Positions 15,759 through 25,539 of a stretch of DNA of 64,000 bases are shown piece after piece. A program made the translations under genes and the position numbers. The notes under the pieces were generated by a model. It did not search any database and was not told the DNA's origin. It worked only from the letters and a program-made list of their open reading frames with translations. The DNA is from an uncultured Thermoplasmata archaeon (GTDB lineage: Archaea > Thermoplasmatota > Thermoplasmata > Halarchaeoplasmatales > Halarchaeoplasmataceae), in assembly GCA_964486225.1 (NCBI GenBank), contig CAZAMQ010000001.1, positions 2,660-66,659 of the forward strand, given 5' to 3'. Each line of letters begins with the position of its first letter. The stretch's first letter is position 1.

Positions 15759-15978
15759 AGTCATCGTTCCCACCTGCACACCAGCCAGTGAGCTCTCGAC
15801 CATTTGTTTCAACTTAAAAACGACTTCGTGTGGGTGTATTCGGCGAAGTACAGCCGGCGGCAGAGATAAACATCGTTATATGAGAAGTCTAGCGTTCCAT
15901 CTTTGCAGCTTGATATCTGTGCTGTCATGTGACAAAATACAACAATACTTAAATACTATTGTTGATAATTGACATAAG

Positions 15979-16914
15979 ATGAAAGTAAGACTCAATGCAC
16001 TTCAGATCGAGATAATGCAGTGCTTGATGAAGAGGGAATACGGAACCCTTAAACAGATATCGCTGGAGCTCGATAAGAGCCAATCCAGGATATCCTCTGT
16101 TGTTAGTGACCTGGAAAATAAGGGATTGGTCGATCTTGAAAAAAAGGGTCTTTCCAAAAAAATTTCCGTTGCAAACAGTAAACACGCATCTATTCTAAAA
16201 AAACTCTTTGCTATGCATCCAGTGGATTTCGAAAACTGCCTGTCAGGATCCGCCCTCGAAGTTCTTCAGCCGATCACTGAAGATGAACTAAGCCGCTCCG
16301 AAGTTTCCAAAAGGTGTGGTTATTCCGAAAGAACGGTGTCCAGGGTTTTTGATCGGATGAGAGAGAGAGGTATGATCGTTGAGGAAAGTGGTCTTTACAG
16401 CATCAATCCCAGATACGCTGCATTATCGGAGTTCATATCGGAATTTCAGTCGTATCTAAACGTTAAAAGATCTCGTTCTTTTTCTCCAACATCCACCATG
16501 ATATGGGAGAGAGGAAAAGAATTTATGGTAGAGACAAGAGAGACGAATGAAGAAGATTATTTTCTTACGGGATATGATAGATTAGCCGACTTCGGTGTAC
16601 CCCTGATAACCACAGGATCACGGTATTACTTTTATACCGAGATGAAAGACGAACTTGTGTTGGAAGATGTGTGCTTACATACACTAATACCCGATATTAG
16701 CAGTACCAGAAACCTCCTTTACGTATTACTGGCGATAGGAAAGAACAGAGTGAATTGGAGTTATCTGAAAATAGAATCTGTAAAATACGGGCTTGAGGAT
16801 ACTGCTGCGGCCCTAAAAGAGTACATGGATAGCCGTGGAAAGAAAAAAGCAAAGTATTTTCCTCCATGGGAAGAATATAAAACCAAGGCCAGGGAGTACG
16901 AGATAGATGTATAG
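15979..16914 (+). CDS. Transcriptional regulator with tandem winged-helix (MarR/Lrp-like) domains and an uncharacterised C-terminal domain (311 aa).
   Basis: Two HTH-like segments (LKQISLELDKSQSRISSVVSDLENKGLV and RSEVSKRCGYSERTVSRVFDRMRERGMIV). Overlaps the downstream gene by 8 nt. Confidence 0.55.
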   Translation: MKVRLNALQIEIMQCLMKREYGTLKQISLELDKSQSRISSVVSDLENKGLVDLEKKGLSKKISVANSKHASILKKLFAMHPVDFENCLSGSALEVLQPITEDELSRSEVSKRCGYSERTVSRVFDRMRERGMIVEESGLYSINPRYAALSEFISEFQSYLNVKRSRSFSPTSTMIWERGKEFMVETRETNEEDYFLTGYDRLADFGVPLITTGSRYYFYTEMKDELVLEDVCLHTLIPDISSTRNLLYVLLAIGKNRVNWSYLKIESVKYGLEDTAAALKEYMDSRGKKKAKYFPPWEEYKTKAREYEIDV

Positions 16915-17275
16915 GAAAACCTTTGGAATAGACTATATGGAACGGGAATTGGAGCGGTTAGGTGAAGCTCTTGATAGTGATGTAAAAATATATCTGATCG
17001 GTGGTGGGCGTATGCTGTATAGAGATGCAAAAGCAGCCACCAAAGATGTTGATATGGTTGTAACTGATCCATCATACTTGACATCGTTATCTTCCGGACT
17101 CAAGAAGCTAGGTTATGGCGAGATCAAAGAACTGCCGGTCGATTATAGAAGCTTGGGTGCATCAATTATTATGAAAAATGAAGACGGATTCCAGTTCGAT
17201 GTATTTTACAAAAAGGTGTGCAACAATCTATCGGTCGGTGAGAGGATGGTGACTTTGCTCCCATTTTCTCCATAA
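16907..17275 (+). CDS. Minimal nucleotidyltransferase (Pol-beta superfamily / MNT-like) protein (122 aa).
   Basis: IYLIGGGRMLYRDAKAATKDVDMVV matches the G[GS]-x9-13-DxD NTase signature. Translationally coupled to the upstream regulator. Confidence 0.5.
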   Translation: MYRKTFGIDYMERELERLGEALDSDVKIYLIGGGRMLYRDAKAATKDVDMVVTDPSYLTSLSSGLKKLGYGEIKELPVDYRSLGASIIMKNEDGFQFDVFYKKVCNNLSVGERMVTLLPFSP

Positions 17276-17502
17276 ACTTCCATCTCGAAAGGTGGATCTC
17301 CATATATATAAGAATACTCGTCTTCTGGAACTGAATACACCACGTTCAAATAAGTGGTAGGGGTACTCTGAGGATCACCCGCAGAAAATTCATTACTCCG
17401 AACCTCTATTTTAACAGTTAGTGCACCTTTTATCTCTTCCGATTGGGAAAGGTTTATGTATTGGGCGCACAATTATTGTATAGACAATAAAGGAGAACGA
17501 AC

Positions 17503-18891
17503 ATGAAATTCGTAGATCGAGAACAAGAATTGGATACCTTGAGGAAACTATACCGATCGGATGATTTCGAATTCATCTCACTTATCGGTAGAAGAAGAGT
17601 GGGAAAAACAGAACTGATAAAAGAATTCTTAAAAGAAACAGACGGTATATATATTTACATATCTTTAAGCGATGACAAGCAGCTAAGACTTCACACCGCA
17701 GAAAGATTGAACGAGATACTGGGTTTGAGTCTTGTAGGTGAACCTACATGGAGAGATATCATCGATGCTCTATTCGATAAAAGTGAGAAAAAAAAACTAT
17801 TCGTTGCCATAGACGAATTCCAGAGACTTTTGAATATAAATGAATCAGTGCCTTCACTTCTTCAGGGTGCTATAGACGAGAGAAAAAATTCTTCTAAGAT
17901 GCTGCTGTGCGTAGCTGGTTCCTCCATCGGTATGATGGAAAAATTGTTTCTTTCGGATGCCTCGCTTTACGGACGAAGAACACGTAACATCAAGTTGAAC
18001 CCTTTCGGCTATGAGGATGTGAGGAAATGGTTTGTTCCCCAAGATATGAACGAAGGATCCATATTGAAAAGGTATGCGGTCTTCGGTGGTACTCCTAAAT
18101 ATCTGGAGTTTGCAACAGATGGTTCGCTGATGGATAACATAGACGAACAGATACTTTCGCCCCGTTCATTGCTTTATGACGAGCCCTGGGTCCTTCTTTC
18201 AACCGAATTGAAATCTCCTGATAAGTATTTCGATATCATCAAGCTAGTATCAATGGGGAAGCAAACTCCCAAAATGATATCCGATCAGCTTGATCTCGAA
18301 AGAACTTCGTTAGGATATTATCTGAAAAAACTCCAAAAGGACTTTGATATGCTCGATAGAGTAGCACCCGTCACTGAAAAGATCACAAAAAGCAAGAAAA
18401 AGAGATATCGTATAAAGGACAATTTTTTCCGATTTTGGTTTCATTTTGTGTATCCCAACAAGGATCAACTTGAGATAGGTGATAGAGAGGGTGTAAAAGG
18501 TAAAATAGAATATGAATTCGACGGATACATGGGGAATATCTTTGAAGATGTGATCAGGGAGATCATCAAAAAAAGAAACGGGAACAGATTACTAGATTGG
18601 AGATTGAGGCGTTATGAAAAGATCGGACCTTGGTGGGATCGAAGGGGTGATGAGATCGATATCTGCGGTATATCGAAGGATGGATATCTCCTGGGGGAAG
18701 TCAAGTGGAGCTTATCCGATAAGAGAGATGTAAAAAAACTGCTGGAGAAGATGAGAAATTCTAAATTTGATCACGATCCACAATATATGATAGTATCCAG
18801 AGAGTTCACACCCGATGCAAAAGAATATTTGCGCCAAGAAGACGTAATACATTTTACTCTCCGAGATTTTCCGGAGATATGGTCTCTCTAG
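17503..18891 (+). CDS. Archaeal ATPase (Arch_ATPase AAA+ domain with C-terminal DUF234-like region).
   Basis: N-terminal FVDREQELDTLRKL...LIGRRRVGKTEL (Walker A) and DEFQ (Walker B) in the arrangement typical of PF01637. Length 462 aa. Confidence 0.8.
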   Translation: MKFVDREQELDTLRKLYRSDDFEFISLIGRRRVGKTELIKEFLKETDGIYIYISLSDDKQLRLHTAERLNEILGLSLVGEPTWRDIIDALFDKSEKKKLFVAIDEFQRLLNINESVPSLLQGAIDERKNSSKMLLCVAGSSIGMMEKLFLSDASLYGRRTRNIKLNPFGYEDVRKWFVPQDMNEGSILKRYAVFGGTPKYLEFATDGSLMDNIDEQILSPRSLLYDEPWVLLSTELKSPDKYFDIIKLVSMGKQTPKMISDQLDLERTSLGYYLKKLQKDFDMLDRVAPVTEKITKSKKKRYRIKDNFFRFWFHFVYPNKDQLEIGDREGVKGKIEYEFDGYMGNIFEDVIREIIKKRNGNRLLDWRLRRYEKIGPWWDRRGDEIDICGISKDGYLLGEVKWSLSDKRDVKKLLEKMRNSKFDHDPQYMIVSREFTPDAKEYLRQEDVIHFTLRDFPEIWSL

Positions 18892-18896
18892 TTATT

Positions 18897-19184
18897 CTAT
18901 CCAAAGGAGTCATCGGCTTGGATTGTTCTTTCTCTATATAGTCCACCAGTTCCTCTTCGATCACGCCTTTCAAAGATATTCCAGATGGATCCGTCTTCTT
19001 GTATGGCCTTCTCCAATATCTCTGTAAAATAGAATTCGGGATGATCGAAACCCCACCCGCAAGCGAAGGATTCCTCCCATTCAAAACCAGGCGAATCATG
19101 AAAATTCGCTAGGTATTCCAGGGCCTCGATGGGTATGCTTTCGACGCCTTCGTTATGTCTGGGTGAACTATAAGAATATATCAA
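18897..19184 (-). CDS. Possible small acidic protein (95 aa). Weak call.
   Basis: ORF only, with reasonable composition. Divergent from the fic gene. Confidence 0.2.
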   Translation of the reverse strand: MIYSYSSPRHNEGVESIPIEALEYLANFHDSPGFEWEESFACGWGFDHPEFYFTEILEKAIQEDGSIWNIFERRDRRGTGGLYRERTIQADDSFG

Positions 19185-19236
19185 TTATCGATGTGTAATC
19201 AGATAACTATTTATAGGAAATATGACTAAATTCTAA

Positions 19237-20124
19237 ATGATGCGACTAAACATATTACAGCAGATGAGATCCCAACTGCTGGAAAGAACTTCCATCAAAG
19301 ATCTACCGGAACTGGTATGGAAGCGAAGTGGAGCTCTAAACACCTGGGGTACCAACGCCATTGAGGGCAGCACCATCGGACGGAAGGATGCAGAGAAGTT
19401 ACTGCTGGATGACACAACTCCCGCAGGAAAACCCGTGAAAGATGTTAGAGAAACGCTCCAGCACCAGGAGGCTTTCAGAGAGTTACCGGAATACGGAAAA
19501 ATAAACATGGAAAACATATTGGAAATGCATGAAACAGTATTTCGAGGTACTCTGGAGGATGCGGGACAGTGGAGAAGAGTTAATGTACGTATCACCGGGG
19601 CTAAATTCACACCACCTAGGATGGAAAAGGTAAGAGAAGAGATAAGTAGATGGGTGGACGAATACCATCAAAGAGACCTGGAAGGAGATGATGTTTTCAC
19701 TCTTGCAGCATGGATGCATTATGAACTCGAAAGGGTCCATCCCTTTGCAGACGGTAACGGCCGTATAGGAAGATTGCTCTTGAATCTGCATTTTATCAAC
19801 AGGAATTGGCCGCCGGTACACGTACTCCCGGCTCATCGAAATAAATACATAGATTCGTTGAACGACTATGCAGACGGTGATACCAAAAGTCTTGAAGATT
19901 TTTTAAAGATAAGGATGGGCGCAAGCCTGTTGGACCTGTTGGACCAGCTCGGCACAGCGGAGGACGAGATGATATCACTCAAGGATGCAGAAACTCCCTA
20001 CGAAGAAAAATACCTGGCTCTCAGGTGTAAACAGGGCGAGATACCCGCATTAAAGGAGGGACGGGAATGGAGGGTGAGTAAAAGAGCTTTGAGATTGTAC
20101 ACCGAGACGGTGGGAAGGAAGTGA
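19237..20124 (+). CDS. fic: Fic/Doc-family protein (filamentation induced by cAMP; AMPylation-type fold).
   Basis: Canonical Fic motif HPFADGNGRIGR (nt 19738-19773), i.e. HPFx(D/E)GNGR. Confidence 0.85.
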   Translation: MMRLNILQQMRSQLLERTSIKDLPELVWKRSGALNTWGTNAIEGSTIGRKDAEKLLLDDTTPAGKPVKDVRETLQHQEAFRELPEYGKINMENILEMHETVFRGTLEDAGQWRRVNVRITGAKFTPPRMEKVREEISRWVDEYHQRDLEGDDVFTLAAWMHYELERVHPFADGNGRIGRLLLNLHFINRNWPPVHVLPAHRNKYIDSLNDYADGDTKSLEDFLKIRMGASLLDLLDQLGTAEDEMISLKDAETPYEEKYLALRCKQGEIPALKEGREWRVSKRALRLYTETVGRK

Positions 20125-20348
20125 ATGAGAAGGGAAAAAAGATATAGTCAATACCACTTCGAACGAAACGATTGAACAGTTAGTCCGTATCATCAAGTAA
20201 CGAAAAATATCATATAATCTCGTGGTACTCCGAAAAATATGATGCAAAGAGGGAGAACTTGGGAGTTCCTTACATGACCTCGACGATTATCCGTTTGTAG
20301 TTCACGACCATAGTGTCCTGTTTTTCGTTACGCTATGTGATTCAAATT

Positions 20349-21086
20349 TCAACAGGGAAATTCCTTCCGCCCAAATACCAGTACACCCAACACGAGTAAT
20401 ACCACCGATACTACGGCGAGTACCTGAACCGAGTAGACCGTACCTGAAGCCGTGGCGAACTCCATGAACTCCATGCGGCCGGTCCCGATACTGCGTATGT
20501 AATGCTTGATAGCGAACTCGCTGATACGTCCCGGTATCGACCCTATGAAACCCTCCCAGATGAAGGCGTAGAAAAGGCCGAAATAAATAGATCGTTCAAG
20601 TACCACACTGGCCAGCAGGAACAGTGCGGAATAGACTATACATCCGATGAACACCAGTAAGAACATGTTGAGATATAGCTCCAGCGCGTTACCGGAGATA
20701 CCGAAGGGTACGAAGAAGGCTAGGAAACCGGCGGTCAGTATCATGAACAGCAGCAGTAAAAGTGCCAGCAGCAGTGCGGTATAATAGGAAAGATAGGCAG
20801 CCCACCTCTTCATGGGTGATGTGATCACCATGGTGATGCTCATGTCCTCGATCTCGTCCCGTATCACCGACGAGCCGTAGAACATGGTCACCACGGGCAG
20901 GAAGAATGATATGATCAGTATGTCAAGTAACTCCGCACCATCCTCGAAAACAACGTCCAGCCTCGAAGCGTATCCCATCACTCCGGCCACGAGAACACCC
21001 ACGAGTATCGCTGCAGCTACCCGTTTGTGGAATAGTATTTTTTTCAGTTTGTACGCGGTGAGTGAGTAAAAGGCGGTTATCTCCAT
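20349..21086 (-). CDS. ABC-2 family transporter permease.
   Basis: Six hydrophobic segments. Immediately downstream of an ABC ATPase, with stop/start overlap at 21086/21088. Confidence 0.6.
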   Translation of the reverse strand: MEITAFYSLTAYKLKKILFHKRVAAAILVGVLVAGVMGYASRLDVVFEDGAELLDILIISFFLPVVTMFYGSSVIRDEIEDMSITMVITSPMKRWAAYLSYYTALLLALLLLLFMILTAGFLAFFVPFGISGNALELYLNMFLLVFIGCIVYSALFLLASVVLERSIYFGLFYAFIWEGFIGSIPGRISEFAIKHYIRSIGTGRMEFMEFATASGTVYSVQVLAVVSVVLLVLGVLVFGRKEFPC

Positions 21087-21087
21087 G

Positions 21088-22020
21088 CTATCTACCTACC
21101 AGATATCTAAAAACAGCCGCCAGATCATCGTCCAGGCTGTACATCTCTCTAAGCTCTCCGCCGCTTTCAAGCAGCATCTTCGGTACGCTGTTGAAGAATT
21201 CGTCCGGTCGTCTTACTTCCACCCTCAACCGTTTTTTACCTCCGTCGAATCCCACGGAAACGGTATGCTCCAACTCCAGCAGCTTCTTGGCCAGCTCTAC
21301 CATCCCTTCACCTTCTATGATAATGTTGTGCGGGTGCTCGTCCATCAACTCTCTTATACCATAGATATCTCCGGAGGCAACGGCCCTGCCCTTGTATATC
21401 AGCACTACGTCACTGGTCATCCTTTCCACCTCGAAGAGCACGTGAGAACTCACGAGTATATGGTGACCGCTTTTCTTGTGCAGCGACTTGATCACATCGA
21501 TAAGTGACCTTCGAGCCTGGGGATCGGCACCGCTCAGCGGCTCGTCCAGCAGCAGTAAATCAGGGTCGTGCAATATGGCCCCTGCGATCTTGATCCTCTG
21601 CCTCATACCCTTGCTGTATCCTCCTATCTTCCTTCCAAGGGCGTAGTCTATACCCACCGTCCGTGAGACCTCCTTTATTCTGCCCTTCAGACCAGCCCCC
21701 TTCATGTTGTGAAGTCCGCCTGCCAGCCGTAAAAACTCAAAACCAGTGGCATCATCGGGTAGATTATCGTAGTCCGGGCAGAAGCCTATCTTAGAAGATA
21801 ATTTTTGGTTGAGCCACGGATCCTGCCCCATCACCGTAAGTGAACCTTTACTGGGCTTTATCATCCCTATTATAAGTTTGAAAAGTGTACTTTTACCGGC
21901 ACCGTTAGGTCCGACTATTCCGGTGATACCTTTACCTGTGTTCATGTTGAACGAATTCAAACCTATGACCTCTCCGTACCACTTGGAAAGCCACTCGGCT
22001 CTTATGATTGCCTCCTTCAT
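21088..22020 (-). CDS. ABC transporter ATP-binding protein.
   Basis: Walker A GPNGAGKST, signature SKGMRQR, Walker B LLLLDEP, H-loop SSH. Confidence 0.85.
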   Translation of the reverse strand: MKEAIIRAEWLSKWYGEVIGLNSFNMNTGKGITGIVGPNGAGKSTLFKLIIGMIKPSKGSLTVMGQDPWLNQKLSSKIGFCPDYDNLPDDATGFEFLRLAGGLHNMKGAGLKGRIKEVSRTVGIDYALGRKIGGYSKGMRQRIKIAGAILHDPDLLLLDEPLSGADPQARRSLIDVIKSLHKKSGHHILVSSHVLFEVERMTSDVVLIYKGRAVASGDIYGIRELMDEHPHNIIIEGEGMVELAKKLLELEHTVSVGFDGGKKRLRVEVRRPDEFFNSVPKMLLESGGELREMYSLDDDLAAVFRYLVGR

Positions 22021-22838
22021 CTACCCCTCGCCCTCCTCTGCAGTATGTAATAAGTAACGGCCATGGGGATGAACATGTAAGCCGTAAAAGACAGTAGGTA
22101 TTGGTGAAATTCTATGTAGCCGGGAAGCTGAAAACCGTATATCAGATCATAGCTGTAGTGAAGTATGGCGATAGGGTTCAACAGTCTCCACTTGTCGTTA
22201 AAGTGTGCGAAGAACTCCGAAAGTATCATAGGCGCCAAGAAGGCGATAAAAGTACCGACACCCGCATAGGCCTTTCTTTTGGTGACGGACGACATCATCA
22301 AACCTATGTTGGAAAAGAATATCACCGTCAGCAGGCCCGCCGTGATCGTCATGCCCGTAACTTTAATCCCGCTCCAATAATCCGGGCCCGTCTGGGTGCC
22401 CATCACTGTTATACAGTATATGACGGGTGGTAAGAAACAGAACAAAGCCATCACCACTGCCGCACCCAACAGTTTCGAGAACATGTAAACCGTCGGTTTG
22501 ATGGGCCTGGAGAAATAAAGCACGAAGGAATTGTCATTGTAATCGGATGAGATGAGACCCGAAGTGATCACCGCCGCCAATAATACGGAGAACAGGGCGA
22601 AGAACCCGTCCTTCATATAGGGATTCACTATCTCAGCCGTAAGCTTTTCCTTTGGCACTATAACGGTGAACATTATGGGGAACAGATGGGCGAGTATGAT
22701 ACCTAAGATCAGCAGAAGAAGTACACCCTTCGACTTTACATTTTTCTTGAATATCCTGCCTGCGATGACGAAGATACGCTGGAAGAGCCCGGTCCTCTCT
22801 CCCTTCCAGGTGGTGTATTCTATGGGATCAATCCCCAC
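22017..22838 (-). CDS. ABC-2 family transporter permease.
   Basis: Multi-TM ORF overlapping both flanking ATPase genes by 4 and 11 nt. Confidence 0.6.
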   Translation of the reverse strand: MGIDPIEYTTWKGERTGLFQRIFVIAGRIFKKNVKSKGVLLLLILGIILAHLFPIMFTVIVPKEKLTAEIVNPYMKDGFFALFSVLLAAVITSGLISSDYNDNSFVLYFSRPIKPTVYMFSKLLGAAVVMALFCFLPPVIYCITVMGTQTGPDYWSGIKVTGMTITAGLLTVIFFSNIGLMMSSVTKRKAYAGVGTFIAFLAPMILSEFFAHFNDKWRLLNPIAILHYSYDLIYGFQLPGYIEFHQYLLSFTAYMFIPMAVTYYILQRRARGR

Positions 22839-23769
22839 TCATTTCACCCCCTGAAAAGGTTTCTATGAACACGTCCTCGAGTGACAATATATCAGGTCGA
22901 TAAGACCTTATCTGTACCCCGGTATCTTCAGCACTCTGTAATATCTCTTTGCTGCTCTTCACACCCTTGAGCACCATGGTCCCCTGCCCTTTTTCGTTCA
23001 CCACTCGTACCGGTTCGTAAGTTTTACGTATGATCTTATAAAAACTTTTTATCGCCTCCTCCTCGCCCCTTACTTTGATGCGGTATCTTCCGGCTTCCGG
23101 CGACAGTAAATCATCGATGTCACCTTCCTTGAGCAATTTACCCTGGGCGATTATTATCATGTATTCGCATATCTGCTCCACCTCGTGAAGCAGGTGGGAT
23201 GATACCAGTATGGTCTTACCGAACCTGCCGATACGAGATATCAACTTCAGCATCTCCTCACGCCCTTCGGGGTCCATCCCGTTGGTCGGTTCGTCAAGCA
23301 TCAACACCTCCGGATCGTGTACGATAGCTTGTGCGAGCTTTACACGCTGTTTCATGCCCGTGGAATAGGAATCGATATTTCTGTACCGCTCTTCACCGAT
23401 ACCCACGAAATCGAGAACTTCATGCCCCCTCTGGATCGCCTCGTCAACAGGCATACCCGACAGGCAGCCCATGTAGGAGACCATCTCGAAGGCGTTCATC
23501 GAACCGATAAGACACTCGCTTTCCGGCATGAATCCAACGATATCTCTGATATCGAAGGCTCCACTAACACTTCCGTTGATGGTGAATGTACCGCTCTGGG
23601 GTTGTACCAGCCCCAGTAGTACTTTGATAAAGGTCGTCTTGCCGGCGCCGTTGGGCCCGAGTATGCCCACTATGCCGTCCGGTATGTCTGCGGTAAAGGA
23701 GTCGAGTGCAACCACCTTGCCGTATCTCACCATGATCCCGTGGGCTCGTATCCTTACGGTATGTTTCAT
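22828..23769 (-). CDS. ABC transporter ATP-binding protein.
   Basis: Walker A GPNGAGKTT, signature STGMKQR, Walker B LMLDEP. Confidence 0.85.
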   Translation of the reverse strand: MKHTVRIRAHGIMVRYGKVVALDSFTADIPDGIVGILGPNGAGKTTFIKVLLGLVQPQSGTFTINGSVSGAFDIRDIVGFMPESECLIGSMNAFEMVSYMGCLSGMPVDEAIQRGHEVLDFVGIGEERYRNIDSYSTGMKQRVKLAQAIVHDPEVLMLDEPTNGMDPEGREEMLKLISRIGRFGKTILVSSHLLHEVEQICEYMIIIAQGKLLKEGDIDDLLSPEAGRYRIKVRGEEEAIKSFYKIIRKTYEPVRVVNEKGQGTMVLKGVKSSKEILQSAEDTGVQIRSYRPDILSLEDVFIETFSGGEMSGD

Positions 23770-23888
23770 CTTGTAGTCGGATATAAATAAAGCCTTATAT
23801 AGTTATTGATGACGATATCCAGGACAACATTTGTATGGATATGCAAAAGTATTAATAGAATAGAAAAATCGCTCATATCGGACTAATC

Positions 23889-25337
23889 ATGGATATGAAC
23901 AGTACATACTCCTATCTAAAAGAACGGATGGGAAAACCCGGTAAAGACGAGATGCTGGAAGGCAGTGTTATATCCGTCATGTTCAAACTAGCGTGGCCCC
24001 TTATGATATCTTCCTTTCTCATGACCCTTTATAACCTGGTGGATACCATATGGCTGGGCAGGCTACCCGGTGAAGAAGCCACTTACTCGGTAGGTGCCAT
24101 GGGCATGTCTTGGTCCGTTGTATTCCTCATGATGGGGCTGGGGATGGGCTTTGGTGTGGCGGCCCTAGCACTCATATCACAGCATACCGGTGCAAGGATG
24201 TTCGAAGAGGCAAGTCGGGACGCCGGGCAGCTGTATATGTTGTCCATATTGTTCTCTCTTTTTGTAGGTGTGATCGGTTATTTCGCAACCCCTTTTTTAC
24301 TCGATTTTCTCACCGGCACCGGTGAAGAAGCTGCGGAACTCGCCTATTACGGCACTCAGTATCTTCAGGTAGTCTTCCTTGGCCTGCCCTTCATGTTCAT
24401 GTTCTTCTCTTTCTCATTCATCCTCAGGGGATGGGGTGATACCATCACGCCCATGCTTATTACGGCGGTTTCGGTATCCATAAACATATTCCTCGACCCG
24501 ATATTGATCTTTGGATTCGGACCCATACCGAAGATGGGGATACAGGGTGCGGCCATCGCAACGATAGCCACTAGGGGCGTAGGCGCGATGATAGGACTTT
24601 ATCTCTTATTCCGTGGAAATCTGGGGATCAAATTGAAACTGTCCTATATGGTACCCGACTTCGGCAAGATAAAAAAACTGTTGGTTATCGGCCTTCCCGC
24701 ATCCTTAGGTAGAGAAGGGAGCGCCTTTGGTTTCGTTCTTATATGGTACTTCATAAACAGATTACCTAACCAGGAGATAGCTGCTGCTGCGTACGGCGCG
24801 GGAAACAGGATCCTGAATATCACTTTCTTAGTGATGGGGGGACTAGCTATGGCGATCAGCACCATGGTGGGCCAGAGTCTCGGTGCTGACATGAAAAAGC
24901 GAGCGGAAGAGGTGGCAAAAAAAGGGCTGTTGTTATTGTTCGGCTTGATGGGTGCCATAGCTATAGCACTGTTCCTTTTGAGGAACATACTGATAGCCTT
25001 CATAATACCGGGTGCTCCCGATGTGATAGCCGAAGGGGGTAATTTCCTGCTGATATTCGCCCTCGCAATGCCCTTTTTCGGTGTGTTCAGAGGTATAACC
25101 GGTATCCTGGAAGGCTCGGGTCATACGATACAACAGATGATATTGAGCCTGTCACGCCTGTGGGTCCTGCGGATCCCACTTGCATACATCTTTGCCTTCG
25201 TAATAGGTTGGTATTCCAGTGGTATATGGATGGGTATGGCATTGAGCAATGTCATAGGTGCCGGACTTGCATTCTTCGTCTATTCCCTGGGTATATGGAA
25301 AGAAAAGGTGATCGAGAAAGGACCGAGAAAAATTTGA
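23889..25337 (+). CDS. MATE-family multidrug/oligosaccharidyl-lipid efflux transporter.
   Basis: 482 aa with 12 TM segments. The N-terminal MxxLAWP...L...DTxxxGRLG pattern is typical of the MATE/NorM family. Confidence 0.7.
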   Translation: MDMNSTYSYLKERMGKPGKDEMLEGSVISVMFKLAWPLMISSFLMTLYNLVDTIWLGRLPGEEATYSVGAMGMSWSVVFLMMGLGMGFGVAALALISQHTGARMFEEASRDAGQLYMLSILFSLFVGVIGYFATPFLLDFLTGTGEEAAELAYYGTQYLQVVFLGLPFMFMFFSFSFILRGWGDTITPMLITAVSVSINIFLDPILIFGFGPIPKMGIQGAAIATIATRGVGAMIGLYLLFRGNLGIKLKLSYMVPDFGKIKKLLVIGLPASLGREGSAFGFVLIWYFINRLPNQEIAAAAYGAGNRILNITFLVMGGLAMAISTMVGQSLGADMKKRAEEVAKKGLLLLFGLMGAIAIALFLLRNILIAFIIPGAPDVIAEGGNFLLIFALAMPFFGVFRGITGILEGSGHTIQQMILSLSRLWVLRIPLAYIFAFVIGWYSSGIWMGMALSNVIGAGLAFFVYSLGIWKEKVIEKGPRKI

Positions 25338-25539
25338 CCGAGGTGGGATCACGGGCGGAGATTTATCTGTCGAGCGCTCACGTGATAAACGTAGGCGATC
25401 GCCTGAATGTAGTGGATCAAGAAGTATATCTGTTACGTCCACCTTGCCATCGAGCACCGCATCGACCAGTGACGCTCCTGGGAACTCGATAACTTTATTT
25501 CAAGCTCTTTCACTATAAATGCGATCAGCATTTTTTACT

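Noticed and set aside
17206-17472. 88-aa minus-strand ORF overlapping the 3-prime end of the nucleotidyltransferase gene
   Set aside because: It overlaps a better-supported CDS by 70 nt and has no recognisable motif. It is likely spurious.
20170-20240. Direct repeat CGAAAAATATCAT / CGAAAAATATGAT downstream of fic
   Set aside because: Two short AT-rich 12-mers with one mismatch in a convergent intergenic region. It is most likely a chance or terminator-associated sequence, with insufficient evidence for a feature.
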